Shown piece by piece: positions 20,410 to 30,118 of a DNA stretch of 64,000 nt (position 1 is its first letter; every line of letters starts with the position of its first letter). The stretch comes from an uncultured Candidatus Rokubacteria bacterium (GTDB taxonomy: Bacteria; Methylomirabilota; Methylomirabilia; Rokubacteriales; DASRDR01): the NCBI GenBank assembly GCA_963708025.1, contig CAVPSB010000014.1, positions 256,001-320,000 on the forward strand, given 5' to 3'. Under the pieces are notes generated by a model. It was not told the DNA's origin. It made no database searches and saw nothing but the letters and a program-made list of their open reading frames with translations. The translations under genes were made by a program, and so were the position numbers.

Positions 20410-21087
20410 TCAGCCTCCTGCCAGGAGCGCCGGCAGATCCGCCATGTCGGAGAAGATGCCGCCGGTGGCGTGGCCGAGCGCGGCGGCCGGGGCGAGGCGG
20501 GCGAACGCGAAGCTGGTCATGCCGGCCGCGTTCGCCGCGGTGACGCCGGCCGGGCTGTCCTCGACGACGGCGCACCGGCCGGGCTCGACGCCGAGGGTCG
20601 CGGCGGCGTGGAGGAAGAGGTCGGGGGCCGGCTTGCCGCGCGCCACGTCCTGGGCGCTGAAGACGCGGCCGCCGAAGCGATCCCAGAGGCCCGTGCAGCC
20701 GAGCGTCAGGCGGATGCGCTCGTGGGTGCCGCTGGAGGCGACGCAGACGGGCAGCGCGATCGCCCGGAGCGCGTCTACGACGCCGGGGATGGGCTGGAGC
20801 CAGTCCTGAAACGTCGGGTAGAGGTCGGCCCGGTAGCGGCTCTCCAGGTCGGCGGGCAGCGGCCGGCCCAGGCGTGCCTCCACGATCGCCCGCACCTGGG
20901 GGACCGAGCGGCCCATGAACGCGGCGATGGACTCCTCGGTGGTGCACGGGAAGCCGTACTCGGTCAGGAGGCGGGCCAGCACCGCGTTGGCCACCGGCTC
21001 GCTGTTGACGAGGACGCCGTCGTTGTCGAAGATCACCAGGTCGAACGACGGCCCGGAGGGAAACGGGTCGGAGGGGCTGGGCGTCAC
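20410..21087 (-). CDS. HAD-IA family hydrolase
   Basis: FDNDGVLVNSE, VASS, GKPAPDLF, VEDSPAG; GTGA overlap with the upstream gene. Confidence 0.9.
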   Translation of the reverse strand: MTPSPSDPFPSGPSFDLVIFDNDGVLVNSEPVANAVLARLLTEYGFPCTTEESIAAFMGRSVPQVRAIVEARLGRPLPADLESRYRADLYPTFQDWLQPIPGVVDALRAIALPVCVASSGTHERIRLTLGCTGLWDRFGGRVFSAQDVARGKPAPDLFLHAAATLGVEPGRCAVVEDSPAGVTAANAAGMTSFAFARLAPAAALGHATGGIFSDMADLPALLAGG

Positions 21088-22311
21088 TCCCACCACTTCT
21101 CGGGCGCCTCGGAAAGCCGCTCGCACCCGGTGGCGGTCACCACGTAGAGGTCCTCCACGCACGCCGTCCCGAAGCCCTTCCGGACGAGCATCGGCTCGTA
21201 GGCGAAGGTCATGTTCTGCTCGAGGACCGCGTTGCTGCCCGGCACGAAGCTCGGCGGGATGTGCGTGGTGGCGCCGATCCCGTGGCCACGGAAGTAGAAC
21301 CACTCCTCGTAACCGAACTCCTTGGCCATCTCGGCGGCCCGGGCCGCCAGGTCGCCGATCCGCACCCCCGGCTTCACCATGGCGATCGTCTCGTGGACGA
21401 TCGTCGATCTGGGCGTTGAGGAACCGGCGCTGCTCGGGGGTGGGGGCGTCGCCGACGACCCGGCCGCGGGCGGTGTCGCTGCAGTAGCCCTTGAAGCGGG
21501 CACCCATGTCGGTGAAGGCGATCTCCCCGGCCTGGAGCCGGCGGTCGGAGGGCGCCACGTGCTTGAAGCCGCTCCGGGGCCCGCCGCAGGACGCGATGGG
21601 GAACGCGGTGTCCTCGGCGCCGGCCTTGAAGAAGGCGTAGTTGGCCTCGGCGGCCAGATCGTGCTCGCTGACCCCGGGCCTCGCGGCCTTCATCAGCGCG
21701 ATCATCCCGGCGTCGCTCACCAGCGCCACCTGCTTCATGAGCGCCACCTCGGCGTCGCTCTTCCGCATCATGGTCTCGCCGACGAGGCCGGCCGCTTCCA
21801 CCTGGCGGAGCCCGGGGAACCGCCGCTTCAGGAACTCGCGGGCGTGGTAGGCGTACTCGCCCGAGACGCCGAGCGTTCCCTCGGTCAGGCCGCGCTCGGT
21901 CAGGAAGTCCTCCAGGTGGTCGTAGATCGTCGTGGTCTGGTAGTCCACCGTCCGGGGGTGGGGGGCGCAGCGGACGTCGCGGACCCAGGTGTCCTGGATC
22001 CCCGAGTGCATCGGCTCGCCGTGCATGACCGCGTTGGTCGTGAGCCCCAACGGGCCGGCCAGCGGGATCACCATCAGGGTGTCGCCGCCGTAGTAGTCCT
22101 CGAAGTTCGACAGGTAGCGGATCGGCGCCCGCTCGGCGCGATTGCCGTGGACGAGCAGGCCGTCGAGCCCGCGCTCGCGGATCCCCCGGCGGAGCCGCTC
22201 GACCCGCGACTCGTACTCCGCGATCGGGAAGGGGAGGTGGAGCCACGGCTCCCGGTCCTCCCACGCGTAGCCGACCCGACCCCAGCCGTAGGGCCACTTC
22301 ACCTCGCGCAT
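21084..22311 (-). CDS. M24 Xaa-Pro peptidase family protein with creatinase-like N-terminal domain (frameshift near 21405)
   Basis: KSDAEV, DMGARFKGYCSDTAR, GHGIG, YEP, VED. Confidence 0.85.
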
Positions 22312-22336
22312 CACGTATCGTCCTCCTGTGCCCTCC

Positions 22337-22386
22337 GCTCCCTCTCCCTCCCTCGGGAGGGAGAGGGTCGGGGTGAGGGTGGGGCC
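22337..22386. repeat. BoxC-like element
   Basis: gctccctctccctccctcgggagggagagggtcggggtgagggtggggcc; near-exact reverse complement of 25613-25662. Confidence 0.75.
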
Positions 22387-22391
22387 CGAGG

Positions 22392-23081
22392 CTACCGCGC
22401 GGCCAGCTCGGCGGGCGTCTTGACCTCGCCCTGCTCGACCCGGCTCAGGTACTCCAGCACCTCGGCCAGCGGGATCACGTCGCCGTACTTCATGTGGATG
22501 TCGAAGAGCGTCACCTTGTGGGAGGTCGCCCCGCGGTCGCACACCGCCTCCTGGGGCACGATGATCCGGTAGTTGTGGTTGAAGGCGTCGAGCACGGTGT
22601 CCCGCACGCAGCCGCTGGTCACGGTCCCGGTGACGATCACCGTGTCCACGCCGTGCCAGATGAGGTAGCTGAGCAGGTTGGTTCCGGCGAAGCCGCTCGG
22701 GAAGGCCTTGACGATGACCGGCTCCTCGGGCAATGGCGCCAGCTCGGGCACGATCTGGTACGCCTCCGGCCGCTCCATGATCGGCGTGTAGACGGCCGCC
22801 GTCTTCCAGCGGCCTCGCTCGACCGCGCGGGTCGTCCGCTCGCCGCGCGTGTGGAAGACCGGGACGCCCCGGGCCCGGGCGGCGCCCAGGAGGGTGCGGA
22901 TCTGGCTCGCGCACTCGCGCGCCCCCGGGCTGGCGAACGGGTACGCCGGGTCCACGAAGGCCGTGTACATGTCGATGACGAGGAGCGCCGGCCGGCGCCC
23001 GAACCCGCCGCGGCCGCCCCAGCCGCCGCGCTCGTAGAGCTCGCGCTCCTCGCGCGGGATGACGTCGTCCCAGATGGCCAT
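22392..23081 (-). CDS. Isochorismatase-family cysteine hydrolase (N-carbamoylsarcosine amidase / maleamate amidase-like)
   Basis: GFGRRPALLVID, KAFPSGF, TSGCVR, LFDIHMKYGDV. Confidence 0.85.
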   Translation of the reverse strand: MAIWDDVIPREERELYERGGWGGRGGFGRRPALLVIDMYTAFVDPAYPFASPGARECASQIRTLLGAARARGVPVFHTRGERTTRAVERGRWKTAAVYTPIMERPEAYQIVPELAPLPEEPVIVKAFPSGFAGTNLLSYLIWHGVDTVIVTGTVTSGCVRDTVLDAFNHNYRIIVPQEAVCDRGATSHKVTLFDIHMKYGDVIPLAEVLEYLSRVEQGEVKTPAELAAR

Positions 23082-23090
23082 GGTCTCCTC

Positions 23091-24692
23091 CTACCGGGTC
23101 AGCTCGACGGTGCGGAACGAGCCGAACCCCAGATTGAGCGGCATCACGTCCAGGCCCTTCACCTTGGGACTCAGCAGGTAGACGAAGCGGGTGTACATGA
23201 TCGGGATCAGCGGGACGTCCTTCACCACGAGCTGGTCGGCCTGCGCGAACAGCGCGGCCCGGCGCGCACGGTCGGGGCTCGCGTTGGCCTGCTCCAGGAG
23301 CGCGTCGAACGCCGGGTTCGCGTAGTTGACCCGGTTGAGCGCCGACTTGCTGTGGAGCCACAGCTCCAGGAAGTAGTTCGGGTCCAGCATGGCCCCGCTC
23401 CAGCCGGTCATGAAGGCCGGGAGCACGTCGCGCTTGTTCATCGCGGCGGTGAAGCTCGCGAACTCCTGGATCTGCACCTCGACGGGCACGCCCAGCGTGT
23501 CCTTCAGCATCGCCGCGATCGGCTCGGCCATCATCCGGTAGTCGGTGGTCACCGGGTTCACGGTGATCGTCAGCGGCGGCAGGCCTCGGCCGCCGGGGAA
23601 GCCGGCCTCGGCGATGAGGTCCCGGGCCCGTGCCGGGTTGTAGTCGAGCCCCTTCAGGTCCTTGTCGTACCCCGGGAACCCCGGCGGCAGCATCCCGCCG
23701 GCCGGGATGTAGAGCCCGTGGAAGACCTGGTTGATCACCTTGGTCCGGTCGATCGCGTGGGCGAAGGCCTGGCGGACCTTGACCTCCTTGAACGGGGCGT
23801 AGACCCGCGGGTTGAGCGCCAGGACCTGGGTCTGGGCTCGGTCCCACTCCCGCATCTCCTTGCTCCAGCGCGGGTCCTTCTTGAGCCGCGGGTAGTCGCC
23901 GAGCGGGACCAGGACGACGTCCAGCTCGCCGTTCTGGTACATGGCCAGCTGGGTGGCGGCCTCCGGCACGATCGGCATCTCGAGCCGGTCCGGCTTCGGC
24001 TTCCCCTCGAAGTACTGGGGGAACGCGTCGTAGACGACCTTCGAGCGGTGCACCCACTCCTTGAGCTTCCAGGGCCCGGTGCCGATCGGATTCGTCTCCG
24101 GCCAGTTCGCCCCGCCCTTCTCGACGGCCTCGCGGGCGATGATCGCCGTCGAGACGTGGGTGAGCCGGGGCAGGAGGTCGCCCTTGGGCGGCGACTGGAG
24201 CCGGATCTCGACCGTCAGCGGGTCCACGACCCGGACGCCGGTCAGCTCCGTCGCCTGGCCCTTGTTCACCTCCTCGAAGCCGGCCACGTCGGCCAGGAGG
24301 AGCCGGGAGCTGGGCGAGCGCGAGTCCGGCGACGCCAGGCGCGTCAACGAGTACTTCACGTCGCTGGCGTCGGCCTTGCGCCCGTTGTGGAAGACCAGGT
24401 TGTCGCGCAGCTTGAAGGTCCAGGTCAGGCCGTCCCGGGAGACCGACCAGCTCTGCGCCGCCAGCGGGACGATCTGGAGCTTGTCGTCGACGCGCACCAG
24501 GGTGGAGTAGACCTGGGCGGTGACGGTGGCCGAGCCGAAGTCGGCCATGCGCTGGGGGTCGATGTGCGGCGGCTCGCCGACGAGCGCCGACCGGAAGACG
24601 ACCGGCGACTGGGCGCCGGGCGGCGGAGCGGCGAGCGCGAGCACGATCGCGGCGGTGAGCGCGGACAGCCCGAGGGCGGTGCCTCGTCGCAT
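23091..24692 (-). CDS. ABC peptide-type substrate-binding protein
   Basis: Signal peptide, HIDP, DGLTWTFKLR, GTGPW, VRQAFAHAIDR. Confidence 0.9.
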   Translation of the reverse strand: MRRGTALGLSALTAAIVLALAAPPPGAQSPVVFRSALVGEPPHIDPQRMADFGSATVTAQVYSTLVRVDDKLQIVPLAAQSWSVSRDGLTWTFKLRDNLVFHNGRKADASDVKYSLTRLASPDSRSPSSRLLLADVAGFEEVNKGQATELTGVRVVDPLTVEIRLQSPPKGDLLPRLTHVSTAIIAREAVEKGGANWPETNPIGTGPWKLKEWVHRSKVVYDAFPQYFEGKPKPDRLEMPIVPEAATQLAMYQNGELDVVLVPLGDYPRLKKDPRWSKEMREWDRAQTQVLALNPRVYAPFKEVKVRQAFAHAIDRTKVINQVFHGLYIPAGGMLPPGFPGYDKDLKGLDYNPARARDLIAEAGFPGGRGLPPLTITVNPVTTDYRMMAEPIAAMLKDTLGVPVEVQIQEFASFTAAMNKRDVLPAFMTGWSGAMLDPNYFLELWLHSKSALNRVNYANPAFDALLEQANASPDRARRAALFAQADQLVVKDVPLIPIMYTRFVYLLSPKVKGLDVMPLNLGFGSFRTVELTR

Positions 24693-24768
24693 GCTGAGCC
24701 TCCGATCGGACGTGAGAGATCGGCGAGACCGGTGTCGGGCCGACGATAGCGTTCCGCCGTGGGGGGTG

Positions 24769-25611
24769 TCAATGGGCGCGGCGGAGGCCGGGGTCCACCG
24801 CCTCGGCCAGCCCCTCGCCGAAGAAGTTGAGGGCGAGGATGGTGACCGAGAGGACGGCGCACGGGATCACCGCCAGGGCCGGGAAGCTCTGGAGGTACTG
24901 GAACGAGTCGGCGATCAGCACGCCCCAGGACGGGATCGGCCGCTGGACCCCGATGCCGAGGAAGGAGAGCGTGGCCTCGGTCAGGATGATCGGGCCGATG
25001 TCGAGCGTCGCGCGGACGACCACCAGGTGCACGGTGTTGCGGAGGAGATGGCGCACCAGGATGCGGCCGGGGCCGGCGCCCTGGGCGACCGCCGCGCTGA
25101 CGAAGTCGCGCGCCTTGAGGCTCAGGACCTCGGCGCGCACCGTCCGCGCCATCGGCGGCCACGTCGCGAGCGTGAGCGCGATCACCACGTTGGCGATGCC
25201 GGGCCCGAGGATGGCCGCCAGCAGGATCGCCAGCAGCAGGGCCGGGAAGGCGAACAGGACGTCGGTCACGCGCATCACCAGCTCGTCCAGCGCGCCGCCC
25301 ACGTAGCCGGCCAGCCCGCCGAGGAGGCCGCCGACGAGCACGGCCGCCAGGACGGTGACCCCGCCCACCAGGAGCGAGAGGCGGCCGCCGTAGGCGAGGC
25401 GGGCCAGGAGGTCCCGGCCGTACTGGTCGGTGCCCAGGGGATGCCGGGGCGACGGGCCCTGGAACGTGCGGTCGAGATCCTGCTGGTCGTAGCGGTAGGG
25501 CAGCAGCCCGGGCAGCGCGACCGCCCCCGCCACCACCCCCACCAGCAGGACGGCGGCGACGACCGCCACCCGATCCCGCCCGAACGCCCGCAGCCCCCGA
25601 CTGCCCGCCAT
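24769..25611 (-). CDS. ABC permease, DppC/OppC family
   Basis: HPLGTDQYGRDLLAR, LSFLGIG, PSWG, GEGLAEAVDP. Confidence 0.9.
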   Translation of the reverse strand: MAGSRGLRAFGRDRVAVVAAVLLVGVVAGAVALPGLLPYRYDQQDLDRTFQGPSPRHPLGTDQYGRDLLARLAYGGRLSLLVGGVTVLAAVLVGGLLGGLAGYVGGALDELVMRVTDVLFAFPALLLAILLAAILGPGIANVVIALTLATWPPMARTVRAEVLSLKARDFVSAAVAQGAGPGRILVRHLLRNTVHLVVVRATLDIGPIILTEATLSFLGIGVQRPIPSWGVLIADSFQYLQSFPALAVIPCAVLSVTILALNFFGEGLAEAVDPGLRRAH

Positions 25612-25612
25612 T

Positions 25613-25712
25613 GGCCCCACCCTCACCCTGACCCTCTCCCTCCCTCGGGAGGGAGAGGGAGCAGACAGAGATACCCTCTCCCCCGCCTCGGGGGAGAGGG
25701 AAGGGTGAGGGG
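25613..25712. repeat. Two inverted BoxC-like elements between permease genes
   Basis: ccctcaccctgaccctctccc...gggagaggg and ccctctcccc...ggggagagggaagggtgagggg. Confidence 0.75.
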
Positions 25713-25730
25713 GTTCGGGGCCCGCATCCC

Positions 25731-26651
25731 TCAGTACCGGATCCTGGGGTCCATCAGCGCGTAGCCCACGTCGGCTAACAGGTTGGTCGTGACGAAGATG
25801 GTCGTGTAGAGAAGCCCGACCGCCTGCACCATCGGGTAGTCCCGCGCGAAGAGGGCGCCGATCGCCGCCTGCCCCATCCCGGGGATCCGGAAGATCGTCT
25901 CGACCACGAGCGCCCCGGTCAGGGCGTAGCTCAGCGCCAGGGCCACGACGGTGATGACGGAGAGCGCGGCGTTGGGCAGGACGTGGCGCGCCAGGACCGC
26001 CCAGCCGGGGAGGCCCTTGCCGTGGGCGGTGCGGACGTAGTCCTGGGTGAGGACCTGGAGGACGCCGGCCCGGGTGACCCGCGTGATGTAGGCGAGCGGC
26101 TGGATCAGGAGGGCCAGGACGGGCAGCACGTAGTGGCGCGGCTCGCCCCAGCCCGAGACGGGAACGGCGTGGAGCCCGAGCGCGAGCGTGAGGATCAGGC
26201 CGATCGCGACGACGAAGCTCGGGACCGACATGCCCACCAGCGCCACCAGGCGCGCCAGGACGTCGGTCGCCGAGCCCCGACCGACGGCCGAGACGATGCC
26301 GAGCGGGACCCCCAGCAGCACGGCCAGGGCGATCGTCACGCCGGCCAGCCGCAGGGTGACCGGGAAGGCGTCGGCCAGCATCCGGGCGATCGACCGGCCC
26401 GGGTTGGCATAGGACTGGCCCAGGTCGCCCCGCACCGCCCGGCCGGCGAAGCGCAGGTACTGCTCCCACAGCGGCCGGTCGAGGGCCAGCTCCCGGCGGA
26501 TCCGCGCCTCGAGGGCCGGGTCGTGGAGGTCGCCCATCAGGAGCTGGACCGGATCGCCGGGGGCCAGCCGCCCGACCGCGAAGACGATGACGGAGCTGGC
26601 GGCCAGCAGCACGACCATCAGCGCGAGCCGGCGCGCGACGAAGGGGATCAC
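25731..26651 (-). CDS. ABC permease, DppB/OppB family
   Basis: APGDP, GDLGQSY, DYVRTAHGKG, MDPRIRY. Confidence 0.9.
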   Translation of the reverse strand: MIPFVARRLALMVVLLAASSVIVFAVGRLAPGDPVQLLMGDLHDPALEARIRRELALDRPLWEQYLRFAGRAVRGDLGQSYANPGRSIARMLADAFPVTLRLAGVTIALAVLLGVPLGIVSAVGRGSATDVLARLVALVGMSVPSFVVAIGLILTLALGLHAVPVSGWGEPRHYVLPVLALLIQPLAYITRVTRAGVLQVLTQDYVRTAHGKGLPGWAVLARHVLPNAALSVITVVALALSYALTGALVVETIFRIPGMGQAAIGALFARDYPMVQAVGLLYTTIFVTTNLLADVGYALMDPRIRY

Positions 26652-26735
26652 TGGCGCCGCTGGCCGAATACTATGGGAGACCCGAGGCGCTTTGTCGGCA
26701 CACGAACATCGAGTTGCCGGACGACAGCCCCTGGA

Positions 26736-27134
26736 TCAGATCTGGACGTCCTTCCAGCCTTCAGCGTCCAGTTCGAGTGGCGGCCGCCTGACGCGAACCC
26801 GGGAGGGCTCGACGATCACGACACATCCCGCGAGATGTTGCAGGTCGGTGTCGCGCAAGAAGGTCGCCACCAGGCGGTTGACCGCGAGCGGACCGAACGT
26901 CTGAGGCCGGAAGAGGATGATGCCCGGGTGAGTTCCAGGAGGGTATTTCCTCAGATCGGCGAATTCCAGGTCGAGCGTGATGAGGATCCGGCGCTCAGCC
27001 CTGGCCGCCTCGGCGACGATCGGGTCAGGCTGTGAGAGAAGTCCCTCTTCCGCCGCGGTCGTCACATCCTTGCTGAATGCTCTGAGGCTCTCCTTCAGGT
27101 GGCGCGACAGGTTCTCATCGAGCTTGAGCCTCAC
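26736..27134 (-). CDS. DUF5615 PIN-like toxin
   Basis: MRLKLDENL, ILITLDLEFAD, HPGIILFR. Confidence 0.85.
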   Translation of the reverse strand: MRLKLDENLSRHLKESLRAFSKDVTTAAEEGLLSQPDPIVAEAARAERRILITLDLEFADLRKYPPGTHPGIILFRPQTFGPLAVNRLVATFLRDTDLQHLAGCVVIVEPSRVRVRRPPLELDAEGWKDVQI

Positions 27135-27373
27135 GGCCCTGCGGTGACCTTCCAGACGTTCTCTCGAGCCAGCTCCGCCGCGTAGGCCAATGCTGCGTGG
27201 ATGTCGTCCAGCGTCAGCTGCGGATAGTGATCGATGATCTGCTCGGGAGTCAGGCCTTCCGCGAGCGCATCGAGGATGATCGCGATGTAGATGCGGGTAC
27301 CGCGGATGCAGGGTTTTCCTGCGCAGACCCTCGGATCTACACTGATGCGGCTCAGCAACTCCTCGCTGGTCAC
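27131..27373 (-). CDS. DUF433 antitoxin
   Basis: RISVDPRVCAGKPCIRGTRI...YPQLTLDDIHAALAYA; GTGA overlap with the toxin gene. Confidence 0.88.
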   Translation of the reverse strand: MTSEELLSRISVDPRVCAGKPCIRGTRIYIAIILDALAEGLTPEQIIDHYPQLTLDDIHAALAYAAELARENVWKVTAGP

Positions 27374-27544
27374 TACGGCTCCTTCTCCTGCCCCCAGGTT
27401 CGCGTGCCGCCCATCAGCATAGATGATTAGGGAGCCCCCCGACAAGGCGGGCGACGGGGAGTGGCGGCGACGGGGAGTGAGGGCAACGGAGGCCGCCGTA
27501 TCGGGGGACCGGCATCCCGCCTTCGGAGTACAATGACGCGCGGC

Positions 27545-28721
27545 ATGCGCATCCTGGTGCTCGGTACCGGGCTCATGGGGCCGGCGGCGGCGTTCGACGC
27601 CATGGCCGACCCGGACGTCTCGCGGGTCGGCGTGTGCGACGCGAGCGAGCGCCAGCTCGATGCCGGGCTCCGCCGGCTCGCCGGCAAGCCCGGCGCCGAC
27701 AAGCTGGCCCCGGTTCGCCTCGACCTCGCCGACCGGCCGGCGGCGGTGGCCCTCGTTCTCGGGCTTCGACGCGGTCGTCTCCGCGGTCCCGAGCGGCGCC
27801 ACCGCGCTCGCCGTCCGGGCGGCCATCGGGGCGGGGGTGCCGATCGTCACGCTCACCTGGCCCGGCCCGGCCGAGGTCGAGGAGCTCCGGCGAGAGGCCG
27901 GCGCGGCCGGGCGGCTGGTCGTCCTCGGCTGCGGCGTCGAGCCGGGGCTGACGGAGATCCTGGCCCGCCACCTGGCCGAGCGGCTCGACCGCGTCGACGA
28001 GCTCCACATCAAGTGCGGCGGCATCCCCGAGCGGCCCACGGCGCCGCTCGGCTACAAGATCGTCTTCGGGGGCACCCAGCTCCCGCTCCGCGACAGCGAC
28101 GTGCAGACGGTCGAGGACGGTCGGCTCCGGCTCGTTCCCCGGTACTCCGGGGTCGAGCCCGTGTCGTTCCCGGAGGCCGGGGAGTGCGAGGCCTGGCACG
28201 ACGGGTTCCGGCCGTGGCTGCTGGACCTGCCGGCGCTCCGGGGGCTCCGGCTCGGGACCCAGAAGACCGTGCGCTGGCCGGGCTACGCGGCGAAGGCGAC
28301 CGTGCTCAAGGACCTCGGGCTCCTCGCCCAGGAGCCGGTCCTGGTCGACGGCATCGCGGTGGTGCCGAAGCGGGTGGTGGACGCGGTCCTCTACCCCCAC
28401 GTCCGGCTCGGGGACGGCGAGCGGGACCTCACGCTCCTGCGCGTGGAGGCCGTCGGGGAGCGCGCCGGCCGCCGGGACCGCGCCAGCGCGCAGCTGGTGG
28501 ATCGCTACGACGAGCGGACGGGCTTCACCTCGATGGCCCGCACGACCAGCTTCACCGCGGCGATCGTGGCCCGGATGGCGGCCCGCGGTGACATCACGGC
28601 GACGGGCGTGCGGACCCCGGAGCAGCTCGTCACCGGCCCGCTCCTCGATCGGCTGCTGCGGGAGCTGGCCGGTCACGGCGTGCGGATCGAGCTCGGCGCG
28701 GATCGACCCTCCGGAGCCTGA
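27545..28721 (+). CDS. Saccharopine/lysine dehydrogenase family protein (frameshift near 27755)
   Basis: MRILVLGTGLMG Rossmann motif; GCGVEPGL, CGGIP, KTVRWPG, SMARTT. Confidence 0.85.
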
Positions 28722-29632
28722 GCAGCGCCAGCGCTCCCGCGGCGCCGGCGGCGGCCAGCGGGAGCCCCAGCGGGAAGCGCTGGCGCTCCCGCGCCTTCCC
28801 CCGCAACGTGCGGAGCACCATGCGGTCGCCGGCCGCGATCTCGCCCCGGCTCGCCAGGAACTGGCGGAGCCGCTCCTGCTGCTCGGCCGGCATCTCCCGG
28901 GTGCCCCACTGGACCTCCTGCTGCACCGCGCGGAGGCGCCCCAGCTCGGCGATTCCACGCTCCATCGCCTCGCGGCTCTCGCCATACGTCGCCCGCTCGC
29001 CGGGAGTGAGGAAGGCGAGCTGGACCGGCGGCGCCAGCGCCTCGAGCCCGTCGAGCCACGGGTGATCCATGCGGGGGAACGCGGCCAGCAGGAGGCCGGC
29101 CAGCCCGACCAGCGCGCAGGTCGCCAGGCCGAGGCCGCCCAGTGCCGCCAGGCCGCGCGCCCGCACGCGGCGGGCAAGGGCGGCGACGCCGAGGCCGCCG
29201 GCCACGGCGGCGAGCACGGCGCCGAACGCCGCGACCACCGTGGCCCCCGTCGGCAGGTCCCAGGCGTACGAGGCGCCGAGGCCGACCAGGCTCACGGCGG
29301 TGCCGAGCGTCCAGCCGATGCCAAGCCGCGCCGCGACCGAGCGGGTGAGGAGCGCGCCGGCCGTGGCGGGGACCACGAGGTAGGAGAAGACGAGAAGGAC
29401 CCCGGCCATCCGGACCGAGCTGGTGACGACCACCCCGAAGGAGACGTAGAAGACGACGTCCCACCAGCCGGCCGCCCGCCGGCTCCCGGCCCCGTCGGGG
29501 TCGAAGGAGATCTCGAGGAGCGGGCGGCGGGCCAGCCAGTGTCCGAGGCCGATCGCCGCGTAGAGCGCCGCCAGCGTCCCGACCTCGGCCGGCGTGACGG
29601 TGAGGATCGAGCCCACCAGGAGCTGCTTGATG
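28630..29632 (-). pseudogene. Zn/Mn-type ABC permease, 5'-truncated
   Basis: IKQLLVGSIL, FYVSFGVVVTSSVRMAGVLLVFSYLVVPA and DLPTGA; upstream sequence switches abruptly to traL-like DNA. Confidence 0.75.
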
Positions 29633-29855
29633 GGCGACGATCCCCGGTGGCTGGCCTCGCTTGAGCAGGAGCAGACCGCTCGCGGCCCCCAGGCCGATCA
29701 CGATGCCCCAGAACGAGGCCCCCAGGAGGTGCAGCGTCGTGGAAGAGGGTGAGGCCCACCGCGCCGTCCTCGGCGTCGAAGCCAAGGAGGCGGAGAGGCT
29801 CGTCGAGAATCCGGGGGCACGCGTGAGTGCCCGGACGGACGGCGTGCCCATTCAT
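29630..29855 (-). pseudogene. TraL-like conjugative transfer protein fragment (frameshifted, 3'-truncated)
   Basis: CPRILDEPLRLLGFD...(TM)...LKRGQPPGIVAH resembles the F-type TraL pattern; recognised by eye only. Confidence 0.5.
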
Positions 29856-29857
29856 CG

Positions 29858-30025
29858 TCACGGCTTCGTCTCCCCGTTTGGCTCCGAGGTCCGGCCGCGC
29901 AGCCCTTCGCGGAGGAACTGCCCCGTGATCTCGACCGGGGTGAGAGGCCCGCGTGGGGGGCCCTCGGGGCGCAGGTACCGCTCGAGCCCGTCGATGACCG
30001 TGTCCAGCTCGGCCCGGACTCCAGC
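29858..30025 (-). pseudogene. 3' fragment of an unknown gene preceding the traL-like ORF
   Basis: High-GC3 frame VRAELDTVIDGLERYLRPEG...GETKP* with no credible start; its stop is 2 nt before the traL-like ATG. Confidence 0.35.
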
Positions 30026-30118
30026 CGGCATCCACGAAATAGGGCATCGTTCTGGCGATCCGCAGGGCGATGTGCAACACTACCATCTGCTCGCCTGTGC
30101 GAGCGCAGAGAACACGTC

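Noticed and set aside
22392-23081. Second isochorismatase as the missing biuret hydrolase
   Set aside because: It lacks the HTREGH, KPGKG, REANDRG and QGG motifs of the BiuH/TrtA group.
20410-24057. 1215-aa ORF suggesting an M24-HAD fusion
   Set aside because: Artefact of stop-poor GC-rich frames and the indel near 21405; the HAD gene has its own GTGA-coupled start.
26736-27373. DUF433/DUF5615 pair as a novel defence system
   Set aside because: It is a common PIN-domain toxin-antitoxin module with nothing unusual beyond its lower GC.
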